Assembly: GCA_040377305.1 (NCBI GenBank) | Contig: JBEIPA010000015.1 | Location: forward strand, 66,842-130,841 | DNA: 64,000 bases | Source of the DNA: Flavobacteriales bacterium | Lineage (GTDB): Bacteria; Bacteroidota; Bacteroidia; Palsa-965 | Direction of reading: 5' to 3' | Shown here: one piece after another, positions 31,607 through 44,129 of the stretch | Layout of the letters: every line of letters begins with the position of its first letter | Numbering within the stretch: the stretch's first letter is position 1 | Translations under genes and position numbers: made by a program | The notes under the pieces: model-generated | What the model was told of the DNA's origin: nothing | The model's database searches: none | The model's input: the letters and a program-made list of their open reading frames with translations, nothing else

Positions 31607-32941
31607 CTAGGAACCGTTCTCTTCGGTATCAAACTGATCTTCATTCTTCACGGTCATCTTCACCGTATCTACACTGTGACGGAATCGTTTGAGAATAACG
31701 AACTCGTATCCGCCGAATTCTTTGATCTCATTTACCGCTGGAATTCTTCCGAACATCCAGTTTACTAATCCGGAAACTGATTCGTAGTGTGGACTTTCCG
31801 GCAATGCAATCGGGAGTACTTCATTCACATCCGAAATTGACGCCATTGCATTCACGATAAACTCGGTATCTGATTTCTTATCGACTGACGGTTTCTCCTC
31901 ATCGTACTCATCCTGGATTTCTCCAACGAGTTCTTCGATCACATCTTCCAGAGTTACCAATCCCATGATACCACCGAATTCGCTGGTAACAATCGCCATC
32001 TGAATGTGTAGTGACTGAAACTCGCGTAACAAATCGTTAATGCGTTTGCTCTGAGGAATAAAGTGCGAAGGACGAATGATTCCTTCCATGTCGGCTTTCG
32101 TGAGGCGTTGTTGCTTCATCAGCTTCAGCATATCTTTCATGAAGATGATGCCGATGATGTTGTCCATTGAATCGCGGTAAACCGGAAAGCGGGAATATCC
32201 TTCGTCGATGATTGTATCGAGAATTTCTTTAGGCTCGCTATCGATATCAATAGCGGAAATCTTTGTGCGGGGAACCAGAATTGATTTCACAACGCGATCA
32301 TCAAATTCGAATACATTCTGAATCAAATCGTGTTCCGATTGTTTGATCGCTCCACCTTCTTCCGATTCCGTGAGGATCATTCTCAGTTCTTCTTCCGAAT
32401 GGATTTCCTCATGTTCAGCGCTCATCTGAATACCGAACATGCGAAGTACAAGTCGCGTGAGTTTATTAATCACCCACACGAATGGAGAGAATACCGCGTT
32501 GAAAATCCTTAACGGCCATGCAGTGAGCAATGCTGTTTGCAAAGAGAAGCGGATTCCCATTGTTTTCGGAACCTGCTCGCCCAGTACCATGTGAATGATG
32601 GTGATTAAGCCAACCCCGGTGATTAAGGAAATAATTCGAATGACATTTTCGCTTAGATCCCACGAGAGTTTGTGGAATAAGGGTTCGAAAACTTTCTCCG
32701 TCATAAAAGGTTCACCTACAAAACCGAGAACGAGGGATGAAATAGTGATACCCAACTGACAAGCAGATAGGTATCCGTCCATGTTATCGATAATCGTACG
32801 AACAATTTTGGCGCGACTGCTTCCCTGATTTATTTTCAGGTCAACTTGAGACGAACGCACCTTCACAATGGCGAATTCGGCTGCAACGAAAAATGCATTC
32901 AGAAGGACAAGGACAATTATTAAGAGCAGATCGGGGCCCAT
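31607..32941 (-). CDS. HlyC/CorC (CNNM + CBS pair + CorC_HlyC) family membrane protein
   Basis: FFVAAEFAIV, QLGIT, GEQVPK, SRFPVY, EFGG...TLEDVIEELVGEIQDEYD. Confidence 0.93.
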   Translation of the reverse strand: MGPDLLLIIVLVLLNAFFVAAEFAIVKVRSSQVDLKINQGSSRAKIVRTIIDNMDGYLSACQLGITISSLVLGFVGEPFMTEKVFEPLFHKLSWDLSENVIRIISLITGVGLITIIHMVLGEQVPKTMGIRFSLQTALLTAWPLRIFNAVFSPFVWVINKLTRLVLRMFGIQMSAEHEEIHSEEELRMILTESEEGGAIKQSEHDLIQNVFEFDDRVVKSILVPRTKISAIDIDSEPKEILDTIIDEGYSRFPVYRDSMDNIIGIIFMKDMLKLMKQQRLTKADMEGIIRPSHFIPQSKRINDLLREFQSLHIQMAIVTSEFGGIMGLVTLEDVIEELVGEIQDEYDEEKPSVDKKSDTEFIVNAMASISDVNEVLPIALPESPHYESVSGLVNWMFGRIPAVNEIKEFGGYEFVILKRFRHSVDTVKMTVKNEDQFDTEENGS

Positions 32942-32948
32942 AGGCGCA

Positions 32949-32956
32949 CAAATATA
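32949..32956 (-). promoter_or_regulatory. Bacteroidota -7 promoter element TATATTTG (minus strand)
   Basis: caaatata on +, 7 nt upstream of ATG 32941. Confidence 0.6.
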
Positions 32957-33007
32957 CGTACAATTCGCAATTGCTGGAAATCAGATGATTGCCAATTGTT
33001 CTGAGTT

Positions 33008-35245
33008 CTAAACACGGATTCCGACCACACAGATGTCATCCACCTGTTCAAACTGTCCGCGCCACGAATCGAACACAAGTTCCAGCTCGCGTTTCTGGCT
33101 GTGAATCTGTTGTGTCGCAATTTGAGTAAGTACATCGCGGAAACGACTCGATTTGAATTTCTTTCCTTTCGGTCCGCCAAACTGATCGGCAAATCCATCC
33201 GTGAACAGATAGAAACTGTCGCCTTTGTTCAATTGAATTTTTTGCTCAACGAATTCTTTGCGTGTATCAGAATCTCCACCCACAGAATGTTTCGACGGAC
33301 GGAAGATTTCCAATGCGCCGGTGTTACGATAAATGATTATCGGACGATTCGCACCACAGAAAGTGAGCTCGCCTTTTTGACGATTGAATGCACACAACGC
33401 AATGTCAATGCTATCGCGTGTGGCTTCTATGCCGTCCTGGTGAAGCTGTTCGCGAATGCCTTCGTCAATCAGGTTCAGGATTTTCCCGGGTGCAAGTTGA
33501 CCTTGTTCCGCAATGACAGAAGTCAGTTGAGAAGCACCCAGTACACTCATAAATGCTCCCGGCACGCCGTGACCCGTACAATCGGCAACTGCTACGAGTT
33601 GAACTTCCGGGGTATGATGATGCCAGTAAAAGTCTCCGCTCACAATATCCTTTGGACGATAGAATACAAAACTATCGGGGAAGGCTTGTTTCAATACGCG
33701 ATCGTCAGGCAGAATAGCTTGCTGAATGCGTTTTGCATAGCGAATACTATCTGTAATGTCTTTGTTCTTCGTTTCAATCTGATCGTAGGCGAACTGCAAG
33801 CGACTTTGTGCTTTTTTCGTTTCACGTGCACGTAAAAGGAAAAAGATCACAACGAGTACCATCACCACAACACCGGCACCAATCATCAGCTTGTAAAAAT
33901 TCTGATCGGCTTCAGCTTTCATCGCAGCCGCTTCCGATTTAATATCAGCTTCGCGTTGTTGTGCTTTCAGTTCTTCGAGCTGCTTCGTCTGTTGCTCCAT
34001 GTCGTAACGCGCTTTCATTTCCTCGCTATGACGACTGCCGGCTTCATTCAAAAGCGAATCTTTCAGCTTCAACGCAACGTCAGCGTAGCTCAGAGCAACA
34101 TTCGGTTGACCCATATTCTTGTAGATCGCCCACAACTCCAGTGCCGCATCGAGTTGATGGGTTAGTGAACCTGTTGCTTTTGCCAGCGAATCTCCTTCGA
34201 GCAGGAACGCCAGTCCTTCTGCATACTTTCCTTGTTTATTACGTAGCTTGCCATACGCAATGAGTGTGCTTGCAATCCCGGTCTGATCATTTGCTTTGCG
34301 CCGGTAATCGAGAGATAACTTGAAGTTCTCTTCCGCCTTTTTGAGATTATCCTGCTTGAAATAACACTCACCCATGTTCTTGTGAACGATGCCCAATCCA
34401 CGTTGGTCATTGGCCTGTGTGCGCAACTCCAATGATATGTGGAAATAGTACAAGGCACTGTCGTAATCCAGTTTCGACATGTAAATGGAGCCGATGTTGT
34501 TGTACGTGCTGGCAAGATCCTTCTTGTTGCCGGCTTTCTCCTTGTAAACAATTGCTTCGCGGTAAAAACGCAAAGCATCTTCATACTTATTCTGATTCAT
34601 GAACACCGTTCCGATGTTGTTCATGATCTTACCCATCATCCCGGGATCCTTATCCTCGTTGAATTTGGCATACTCAATACAACGGTAGTAGTTCTCTAAT
34701 GCGAGCGTGTAGTCGCCCATATTGTTGTACAGCAGTCCGAGATGAAGCAATGCACCGGCGATCCCGTCTGTGTCATTTACGAATTCACGATAGGCAAGCG
34801 AAGCATCGAGGTGTTTTTTTGCCTCTTTGTATTCTCCGGTGCGCAGCAATAAGTATCCGAAATTGTTCTGTGCGTCGTCGAGACAAAATGTGTCTTTTAC
34901 TGATTCCAGTTGATCAACGCCTTTCTGGTAGTACGGTCGCGCCTCTTTATTTTTCTGGAGGTTATCCAGACAAAGTGCTGCATAGTAATTCCATTCACCG
35001 GCTGTACGTGCATCATTTACTTTCTCTGCAGCGGTAGCTTTGTCCGCACAAATCTGAAACGCAGAATCCGCATTCATTTTACGGACCGCATACATGTATG
35101 CTTTTCTTGTCGGACGATCGTTCGGGTCCTTCTTCAGAATGGCCTCGCAGCTGTCAGCCTTGCCCTTCTGCGCAAATGCTAAATTCGATGCGAATAATCC
35201 GCAACAAATAAGCACGATTTTACCAATGCGTAATAGATCCCCCAT
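33008..35245 (-). CDS. Membrane sensor with signal peptide, TPR array, TM helix and SpoIIE/PP2C phosphatase
   Basis: TPRs (NNIG...ALxY), TM LMIGAGVVVMVLVVIFFLL, YAKRIQ, DIVSGDFYW, DCTGHGVPGAFMS, TDGFADQFGG, DDIC; start moved to ATG 35245. Confidence 0.92.
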   Translation of the reverse strand: MGDLLRIGKIVLICCGLFASNLAFAQKGKADSCEAILKKDPNDRPTRKAYMYAVRKMNADSAFQICADKATAAEKVNDARTAGEWNYYAALCLDNLQKNKEARPYYQKGVDQLESVKDTFCLDDAQNNFGYLLLRTGEYKEAKKHLDASLAYREFVNDTDGIAGALLHLGLLYNNMGDYTLALENYYRCIEYAKFNEDKDPGMMGKIMNNIGTVFMNQNKYEDALRFYREAIVYKEKAGNKKDLASTYNNIGSIYMSKLDYDSALYYFHISLELRTQANDQRGLGIVHKNMGECYFKQDNLKKAEENFKLSLDYRRKANDQTGIASTLIAYGKLRNKQGKYAEGLAFLLEGDSLAKATGSLTHQLDAALELWAIYKNMGQPNVALSYADVALKLKDSLLNEAGSRHSEEMKARYDMEQQTKQLEELKAQQREADIKSEAAAMKAEADQNFYKLMIGAGVVVMVLVVIFFLLRARETKKAQSRLQFAYDQIETKNKDITDSIRYAKRIQQAILPDDRVLKQAFPDSFVFYRPKDIVSGDFYWHHHTPEVQLVAVADCTGHGVPGAFMSVLGASQLTSVIAEQGQLAPGKILNLIDEGIREQLHQDGIEATRDSIDIALCAFNRQKGELTFCGANRPIIIYRNTGALEIFRPSKHSVGGDSDTRKEFVEQKIQLNKGDSFYLFTDGFADQFGGPKGKKFKSSRFRDVLTQIATQQIHSQKRELELVFDSWRGQFEQVDDICVVGIRV

Positions 35246-35272
35246 AGCCAGGTCCCAAGATAAGAAGAAGGT

Positions 35273-35422
35273 ATGAGGGATGGGGGACAAGGGATGGGGT
35301 ATTCGACCACGTATGAAATTATTTCCACAAAGGGATTCTGCATGCTGACAAAGAGAACAAACCGCTTTCCCCATTCCTCATCCCCCGTCCCCCATCCCTC
35401 ATTCCCCGTCCCTCATTCCTCA
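35273..35422. repeat. Facing heptamer repeat arms (ATGGGGG-type and TCCCCAT-type) between divergent genes
   Basis: atgaggg atggggg acaaggg atggggt (35273-35300) faces about 8 complementary units at 35367-35422. Confidence 0.8.
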
Positions 35423-35446
35423 CTACCAATTCCTATCTTTACATCA

Positions 35447-38040
<2,594 letters not shown>

Positions 38041-38043
38041 TTT

Positions 38044-38601
38044 ATGATCGACGCAATTAAAAAGAAGCTCGCAATGTCGAAAATCCGGCAGGATGCTTCT
38101 ACAGTTGTGCGCGAAAAACAGGTTTTCAATCTCGCGGATGCGAAGTCAATCGGAATTGCATTCGAGTTTACCGGTGCAGAAGATTTTGAGCTACTCAAGA
38201 AATATGTGATTTATCTCCGGGAGCACAAGAAGAAAGTGAAGTGCATCGGTTATTACACGGGTAAAACAGAACCAGCTGTTCAGTATTCCAAAGTCGACTA
38301 CGATTTCATTAACGAGAAGTCGTTCACCTGGTACGGAAAGCCTTCAAGCCACATCGTTGCAAACTTTCTCGAAGAACCATTTGATATTTACATCGATGTT
38401 AACATGAAGGACAATATTGTCATTCGTTACATCGCGTATGTTTCAGCGGCAAAATTCAAGATCGGTCACTACGAAGAAGATAAAGAAACACCATTCGATA
38501 TGCAGATTTCTGTACCGAAGGAAACCGGATTGAAAGCTTATCTGCGTGAGGTTGACACGTATCTGCAAATGATTAACAAGTCGAAGGAAAGCACGACATA
38601 G
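38044..38601 (+). CDS. Conserved Bacteroidota hypothetical protein (DUF6913-like)
   Basis: WYGKP...F...PFDIYID...SAAKFKIG...FDMQI...YLQMIN pattern; usual position near dapA. Confidence 0.7.
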   Translation: MIDAIKKKLAMSKIRQDASTVVREKQVFNLADAKSIGIAFEFTGAEDFELLKKYVIYLREHKKKVKCIGYYTGKTEPAVQYSKVDYDFINEKSFTWYGKPSSHIVANFLEEPFDIYIDVNMKDNIVIRYIAYVSAAKFKIGHYEEDKETPFDMQISVPKETGLKAYLREVDTYLQMINKSKESTT

Positions 38602-38619
38602 TTGCGCGTTCCGCGCTAA

Positions 38620-38695
38620 GCCACAGATTCGCAGATTTCTCAGATTGCGCAAATTTTAATTGTTTTTATATCTGCGTAATCTGCGAATCTGCGGC
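38620..38695. repeat. Inverted CGCAGATT-type repeat arms forming a hairpin
   Basis: GCCACAGATTCGCAGATT (38620-38637) versus AATCTGCGAATCTGCGGC (38678-38695), 17/18 complementary. Confidence 0.85.
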
Positions 38696-38713
38696 AAAAG
38701 AAAAACGTTTGTT

Positions 38714-39331
38714 GTGAGTATAAATTTTCCACCAGTTAGCCTTGCAGATGAAGACGGCCTTTTAGCAGCCGGAGGAGATCTCGAAGAAGAAACTCTTCTC
38801 ACCGCATACCGTTCCGGAATCTTTCCTTGGTTTTCAAAAGGCGAGCCTATCCTCTGGTGGTCACCCGATCCGCGTTTCGTAATCCTTCCCGAAAATCTTG
38901 TCGTTTCTTCCAGCATGCGAAAAGTTCTAGACAAGAATATCTTCGACATCCGTTACAACGCTTCCTTCGAACAAGTAATCGAAGAATGCGCAAAGATCAA
39001 ACGTCGCGGTCAGCGCGGAACGTGGATCACCACCGAAATGAAACAAGCTTACATCGAATTACACAAAGCTGGTTATGCATTCTGCGGTGAAGCCTGGAAA
39101 GACAACAAACTCGTCGGTGGATTCTACGGCGTTAAACTCAACAACTGTTTCTTCGGAGAATCAATGTTCAGCAAAGAATCGAATGCATCAAAGGCGGCGT
39201 TTCTATCATTCGCGGAATCGTTTTTCAGTGAAGGAGGCAAGCTGATCGACTGTCAGGTTTACACAGAACATTTGGAGTCGCTGGGGGCGAAGATGGTGCC
39301 TCGAACAACTTTTGTGAAGATGATTCGATGA
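38714..39331 (+). CDS. aat: Leucyl/phenylalanyl-tRNA--protein transferase
   Basis: GLLAAGGDL, AYRSGIFPW, WWSPDPR, TWIT, FFGESMFS, ASKAA, IDCQ, HLESLGA; probable GTG start at 38714. Confidence 0.95.
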   Translation: MSINFPPVSLADEDGLLAAGGDLEEETLLTAYRSGIFPWFSKGEPILWWSPDPRFVILPENLVVSSSMRKVLDKNIFDIRYNASFEQVIEECAKIKRRGQRGTWITTEMKQAYIELHKAGYAFCGEAWKDNKLVGGFYGVKLNNCFFGESMFSKESNASKAAFLSFAESFFSEGGKLIDCQVYTEHLESLGAKMVPRTTFVKMIR

Positions 39332-39385
39332 TACAGTGATGCAATGATTCGATCTGCCAGGTTCCTTATCGGTCCTTTGCGTCGG

Positions 39386-39412
39386 AGCCTGTCCTGAGCT
39401 TTCGTCGAAGGG
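39386..39412. repeat. REP-like element of the CTGAGC..GTCGAAG family
   Basis: agcctgtcctgagctttcgtcgaaggg resembles the widespread TGTCCTGAGCnnGTCGAAGG intergenic repeat. Confidence 0.6.
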
Positions 39413-39557
39413 CGCCTTTGTGGTTTATTGACCATAAAAATACCGGTCCTCACAACAAAGCCACAATCCCGGTCTCAGAAATCCTCGGTGCCTGTTGAGT
39501 GACTACAGTTTTTATCAACACTTGTTCAAACCTCCTCATTCGGTATAGTCGAACCCG

Positions 39558-39565
39558 TACTTTTG
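39558..39565 (+). promoter_or_regulatory. Bacteroidota -7 promoter element TACTTTTG for dapA
   Basis: Consensus match 19 nt before ATG 39585, followed by an A-rich leader. Confidence 0.6.
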
Positions 39566-39584
39566 ACTCGCAAAACAAACTAAG

Positions 39585-40478
39585 ATGGCTTCCAAAAAAT
39601 CTCACCCACTCTCAGGAACCGGCGTAGCAGTAGTTACTCCATTCCTCAAAGACGGAAACGTCGATTACCCCGGATTAACGAATGTGATCAATCACATCAT
39701 TAAGGGTAAGTGCGAGTATCTGGTGATCATGGGAACGACTGGTGAATCTCCGACGCTGAACAAAGACGAGAAAAAAGCCATTCTCAAACACGCAATTCAG
39801 GTTGCAGCCGGACGAGTTCCCGTTGTGTACGGAGTTGGTGGATTCAATACCCGCGAAGTTTGCGATGCACTGGAACACACCGATTTTTCGGGTGTAACTG
39901 CAATTCTATCCGTTGCGCCATTCTACAACAAACCGAATCAGCGTGGACTCTACGAGCATTACAAAGCTGTCGCGAATTCATCTCCGCTTCCGGTAATCAT
40001 GTACAATGTTCCGGGAAGAACGGGCATGAACATGACTGCTGAAACAACTTTAAAGCTCGCTCATGATTTTCCGCGTCTTGTCGCAATGAAAGAAGCATCG
40101 GGAAATATGGAGCAGATCATGGCCATTATCAAAGATGCGCCGAAAGATTTTCTCGTCATTTCAGGTGACGATTTACTCACGCTTCCCATTCTTGCTGCAG
40201 GCGGACACGGTGTAATTTCCGTTGTTGCAAATGCATTTCCACGAAAGTTTTCCGACATGGTTCGCCATTCACTCGCAGGCGATTTCGTAAAAGCACGCCC
40301 GTTGCATTACGTCCTGATGAAAGTAACGCAGTTGTTTTTTGCGGACGGAAATCCCGGCGGAGTGAAAGCATCGCTCGAAGCACAGAAGCTCTGCAAATCA
40401 CATGTACGTTTGCCACTCATGCCGGTGAATGATTCGGTACATGCTGGAATCGTTAAGGAGACGAAAAGAATTCGATAA
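39585..40478 (+). CDS. dapA: 4-hydroxy-tetrahydrodipicolinate synthase
   Basis: GTTGES, PFYNKP, YNVPGRTG, KEASG, SGDD, GVISV. Confidence 0.96.
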   Translation: MASKKSHPLSGTGVAVVTPFLKDGNVDYPGLTNVINHIIKGKCEYLVIMGTTGESPTLNKDEKKAILKHAIQVAAGRVPVVYGVGGFNTREVCDALEHTDFSGVTAILSVAPFYNKPNQRGLYEHYKAVANSSPLPVIMYNVPGRTGMNMTAETTLKLAHDFPRLVAMKEASGNMEQIMAIIKDAPKDFLVISGDDLLTLPILAAGGHGVISVVANAFPRKFSDMVRHSLAGDFVKARPLHYVLMKVTQLFFADGNPGGVKASLEAQKLCKSHVRLPLMPVNDSVHAGIVKETKRIR

Positions 40479-40560
40479 TTCGATAATTCGAAGATTTGAC
40501 TGGGACAGATAGCATGTGATTTCCATATATTAAATCTTCAAATCTTTCAAATTTTCGAAT
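40471..40560. repeat. Facing 8-9-mer repeat arms (TTCGATAA and ATCTTCAA types)
   Basis: ttcgataa ttcgataa ttcgaaga tttga ... aatcttca aatctttca aattttcg aat; the dapA stop lies inside the first unit. Confidence 0.7.
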
Positions 40561-40681
40561 GGCCGGGAGCTGTATTGGTCGAATTTCCAAAGGAATAGAC
40601 GCGTTTTCCCTTGATGAACCGCCTTTTTATTGGCAACTTTGAGACTCATCCCAATAGAACATTAGTCTCAAATTTTCTCAC

Positions 40682-43102
40682 ATGAAAAAAGGTTTACGAT
40701 TGAAAATTGCGGTTGCTGCATTGCTGCTTTCCGTTGGAATCTCTGCGCAGTCTTCGCTCAATACAACGCTTACTGATCAACTCGCTGTTCCAGGACAAAC
40801 ACTCGCAAACATTTGCGGTTACACGGCTCCGAACGGTAACGAATATGCATTACTTGGCGCAGAAGACGGAATGATTATCGTCGATGTTACGAATCCAAAT
40901 AACGTTACACAACTTGTTCAGATCCCAATGGTGTCGAGCCTTTGGAAGGAAATCAAAGTTTACCAGAACTACGCGTATGTGACTACGGAAGGTACCGGTG
41001 GCGCATTGCAGATTGTTGATCTTTCTGCAATTCCTGCTACAACTGCTGGCGCATATACATATCACACGTACACCGGCGATGGAGCAATCGCAGGACAGCT
41101 GAGCACTGTTCACGCTCTGCACATTGATACCGTAACGGGTTATTGCTACCTCTTCGGTTCAAACCTTTTTAACGGGGGCGCAATCTTCCTGGACATGAAC
41201 ACTGATCCATACAACCCGACTTATGCGGGTAAGTATGATGCAAACGGTTATGTGCACGATGGTTATGTTGACAACGACACACTTTTCGCAGGTCACATTT
41301 ACGCGGGAACATTTGCAATGGTTGATTGTACGAACAAATCGAATCCTGTTGTACTTGCCACGCAAACAACTCCAACAGCATTCACGCACAACACCTGGTT
41401 GTCTGCAGATCGTAACTTCATTTTCACGACAGACGAAAACTCAAACTCGTTCCTCACAGCTTATGATGTATCAAATCCAGGGAACGTTCAGGAAGTAGAT
41501 CGCATTCAGTCATGGAATCCAAATTCAGGGTCCATTGTACACAACACGCATGTTGTCGGGGAAAATTGGGCGGTGACATCGTGGTACAAAGACGGATTTG
41601 TAATTACAGACATCACGCGTCCGCACAACCTCGTTCATACAGGATGGTACGACACGTACGTGGGTAGCGGTACTGGTTTCGAAGGCGATTGGGGTGTTTA
41701 TCCGTATTTCCCTTCCGGAACAATCGTAGTGTCGAACATTGATGAAGGTCTGGACGTTTTCTCTCCAACTTATGTTCGTGCTTGTTACGTAGAAGGAAAC
41801 TGTTACGACAGCCTTTGCGGAACTCCGCTTCAAGGTGTAACGGTGACTGTTTCAACAGTAAACCTTTCTGAAACTACAGACAACAACGGCGACTATGCAA
41901 CAGGAACTCCGATCCCGGGAACTTATACAGTTACCTTCTCAAAAGTTGGATACACTTCGGTTGTATATAACAACGTTGTATTTGCACCAGGTCAAGTGAA
42001 TTTCTTCAACGTTGCGATGTTTGCACCGGGAGCTTTCTCATTGATCGGTCACGTTGAAGAGTCAACTACATTTTTAGCAGTTCCAAACGTTTCAGTTCAG
42101 GTTTCAAACGCAAGCAATTCTTACCTGTATGCAAGTGATGTGAACGGTGATTTCTCAAGCTGCACCGTTATTCCAGGTTGGTACGATATTGTCGCTGCAA
42201 CATGGGGTTATCAAACAATTTGCACGCAAGACAGCGTAACTCCTACAAGCGGAAACGTTGACGTAACACTCGATAGCGGATACGAAGACGAATTCACGTT
42301 TGATCTTGGCTGGACAGTTACCGGAAATGCAAGCAGCGGTCAGTGGGAGCGTGCTGAACCAATTGGTACAACATTCAACACGGCGAATGACGCAAATCCG
42401 GATTCGGACGTTAACAACGATTGTACTGATAAGTGTTACACGACCGGTAATGGTGGTGGAGCAGCAGCACAGGACGACGTAGATAACGGAAACACCATAC
42501 TCACTTCACCGTTGATGGATCTTTCTACATACGGAGATGCATGGATTCACTATAGCCGTTGGTTCTTTAACGATGGCGGAAGCGGAAATCCTAACGATAC
42601 AATGTACATCCGCGTGAGCAATGGTTCAACCACAGTTGTGTTGGAGAAAATTCACCAGGCATCTCCGGGTAATTCTTCATGGCAGACCAGCTCTTTCCGT
42701 TTGCAGAACTACATCACGGTAACTAACACCATGCGTGTAATTGTAGAAGTACGTGACTTCAACGCAGGTCACCTTGTAGAAGGAGCATTCGACAATTTCA
42801 TGGTGGTAGATTCTAATGCATTGTCAGTTGGAAGTCCGATCAATGCGAATCCTTCAATGCAGGTTTTCCCGAATCCATTCAACGGAACTTCACAAGTGAA
42901 TTATGTAATTCCGGTTGAACAGGTTGGAACAGCATCGATGGAAATCGTTGACATGACTGGCCGTGTTGTTGCAACTTCGGTGTTGAATGCACAATCGGGT
43001 TCTATGACGATCGGCGAATCACTTGCTGAAGGTGTGTATGTTGTTCGCATAGTTGGATCAGGAGAAATCCTTTCACAGCAGCGCATTGTAAAGTCCAAGT
43101 AG
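40682..43102 (+). CDS. Choice-of-anchor B family secreted protein with carboxypeptidase-regulatory-like domains and T9SS type A sorting domain
   Basis: Signal peptide; WKEIKVY, YVHDG, HNTW...TTDE, HNTH, WGVYPYFPSG; C-terminal VFPNPF...DMTGRVV...GVYVVRI. Confidence 0.88.
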   Translation: MKKGLRLKIAVAALLLSVGISAQSSLNTTLTDQLAVPGQTLANICGYTAPNGNEYALLGAEDGMIIVDVTNPNNVTQLVQIPMVSSLWKEIKVYQNYAYVTTEGTGGALQIVDLSAIPATTAGAYTYHTYTGDGAIAGQLSTVHALHIDTVTGYCYLFGSNLFNGGAIFLDMNTDPYNPTYAGKYDANGYVHDGYVDNDTLFAGHIYAGTFAMVDCTNKSNPVVLATQTTPTAFTHNTWLSADRNFIFTTDENSNSFLTAYDVSNPGNVQEVDRIQSWNPNSGSIVHNTHVVGENWAVTSWYKDGFVITDITRPHNLVHTGWYDTYVGSGTGFEGDWGVYPYFPSGTIVVSNIDEGLDVFSPTYVRACYVEGNCYDSLCGTPLQGVTVTVSTVNLSETTDNNGDYATGTPIPGTYTVTFSKVGYTSVVYNNVVFAPGQVNFFNVAMFAPGAFSLIGHVEESTTFLAVPNVSVQVSNASNSYLYASDVNGDFSSCTVIPGWYDIVAATWGYQTICTQDSVTPTSGNVDVTLDSGYEDEFTFDLGWTVTGNASSGQWERAEPIGTTFNTANDANPDSDVNNDCTDKCYTTGNGGGAAAQDDVDNGNTILTSPLMDLSTYGDAWIHYSRWFFNDGGSGNPNDTMYIRVSNGSTTVVLEKIHQASPGNSSWQTSSFRLQNYITVTNTMRVIVEVRDFNAGHLVEGAFDNFMVVDSNALSVGSPINANPSMQVFPNPFNGTSQVNYVIPVEQVGTASMEIVDMTGRVVATSVLNAQSGSMTIGESLAEGVYVVRIVGSGEILSQQRIVKSK

Positions 43103-43123
43103 GAAATAAGAAATTAAGTTTTA

Positions 43124-43168
43124 AAGTAGGCGAGTCGGAATTCATTTCTGGCTCGCCTACTTATTTTT
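43124..43168 (+). terminator. Intrinsic terminator
   Basis: AAGTAGGCGAGTCGGAA / TTCTGGCTCGCCTACTT stem followed by ATTTTT. Confidence 0.8.
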
Positions 43169-43190
43169 ACTGACTACATAATTACTTTAC

Positions 43191-43198
43191 TAGATTTG
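43191..43198 (+). promoter_or_regulatory. Bacteroidota -7 promoter element TAGATTTG for coaE
   Basis: Exact consensus after a terminator, 4 nt before ATG 43203. Confidence 0.65.
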
Positions 43199-43202
43199 AG
43201 CA

Positions 43203-43793
43203 ATGAAAAAAATCGGACTCACCGGTGGAATTGGTAGCGGCAAATCATACGTCGCTGATGTGTTCCGTCATTTAGCTGTTCCCATTTTTAATTCCGATGA
43301 CGAGGCGAGACGCATTCAGGAAACAGATCAGTCGGTGATCGACGAAATCCGTTCTTCATTCGGAGATGTTTTTCTCCCGGATGGAAAGCTTGATCGGAAG
43401 AAGCTGGCGTCAATCGTTTTCTCTGATGCGCAAAAACTGCAACAACTGAATGCAATCGTGCACCCTGCTGTCGGTAGAGCATTTGAAGCGTTCTGTGAGC
43501 AACATTCTGCTAAGCCTTACGTCATCAAGGAAGCTGCAATCATTTTTGAGGTGGGAATTGACGAACATCTCGACTCAACCATCCTTGTGACTTCGCCGGA
43601 GAAGATGCGAATAGAACGTGTCATGACGCGCGATTCAATTTCCGAAGCAGAAGTTCGCACACGTATGTCGAAACAATGGAGCGACGAAGAGAAAAAGTTG
43701 CGCGCCGATTATTTCATTGACAATGATGGTGAGAAAGCAATTCTACCTCAGGTGTTGAAAATCCATTCCGCGCTTAACGATCAGTCGAAGTAA
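43203..43793 (+). CDS. coaE: Dephospho-CoA kinase
   Basis: IGLTGGIGSGKS, LDRKKLA, LNAIVHP, EAAIIFE, RVMTRD. Confidence 0.96.
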   Translation: MKKIGLTGGIGSGKSYVADVFRHLAVPIFNSDDEARRIQETDQSVIDEIRSSFGDVFLPDGKLDRKKLASIVFSDAQKLQQLNAIVHPAVGRAFEAFCEQHSAKPYVIKEAAIIFEVGIDEHLDSTILVTSPEKMRIERVMTRDSISEAEVRTRMSKQWSDEEKKLRADYFIDNDGEKAILPQVLKIHSALNDQSK

Positions 43794-44125
43794 CGTCCAG
43801 TCCATCCATCCGGATTGTATAACATCATTAGTACCAGAATTGTGGCTCCAACAATGAATACGAGCAAGTGAGTGAAGTATGCCCGGTTCGTGAAATGCTG
43901 CCGAAGCCCTTTGTAAACCATCAGAACGATCCACAACGGAATTCCAATGTAGACGTAGTAGCGGAGAAACCAGTATAGAAGGTATTCATCCAGAGTCTCT
44001 CCACCAAAAACCCTTGGATTGAACTCGAGCAAGTAGAATAAATAGCACAGGCAAATCCACACTATCGGAACTGCTGTCAGAAAATTCAGAATATAATTTT
44101 CTGTTCTTCTCATGGTGCTACACAA
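43781..44125 (-). CDS. Small hypothetical membrane protein (3 TM)
   Basis: Three hydrophobic segments; directly follows the DUF4870-like gene; true start may be a few codons in (MRRTE). Confidence 0.65.
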   Translation of the reverse strand: MCSTMRRTENYILNFLTAVPIVWICLCYLFYLLEFNPRVFGGETLDEYLLYWFLRYYVYIGIPLWIVLMVYKGLRQHFTNRAYFTHLLVFIVGATILVLMMLYNPDGWTGRYFD

Positions 44126-44129
44126 AATA

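Noticed and set aside
31607-32941. Hemolysin toxin
   Set aside because: CNNM-CBS-CorC architecture indicates a Mg/Co homeostasis membrane protein; the hemolysin label is a legacy family name
35246-35446. N-terminal extensions of the TPR-SpoIIE and WcaF ORFs in the ORF track
   Set aside because: They are translated heptamer repeats (PHPLSPIPH, PHSSSPVPHP); downstream ATGs give a proper signal peptide and family start
39332-39584. Lysine riboswitch upstream of dapA
   Set aside because: No recognisable L-box features; a -7 promoter motif lies only 19 nt before the ATG and the region is made of repeats
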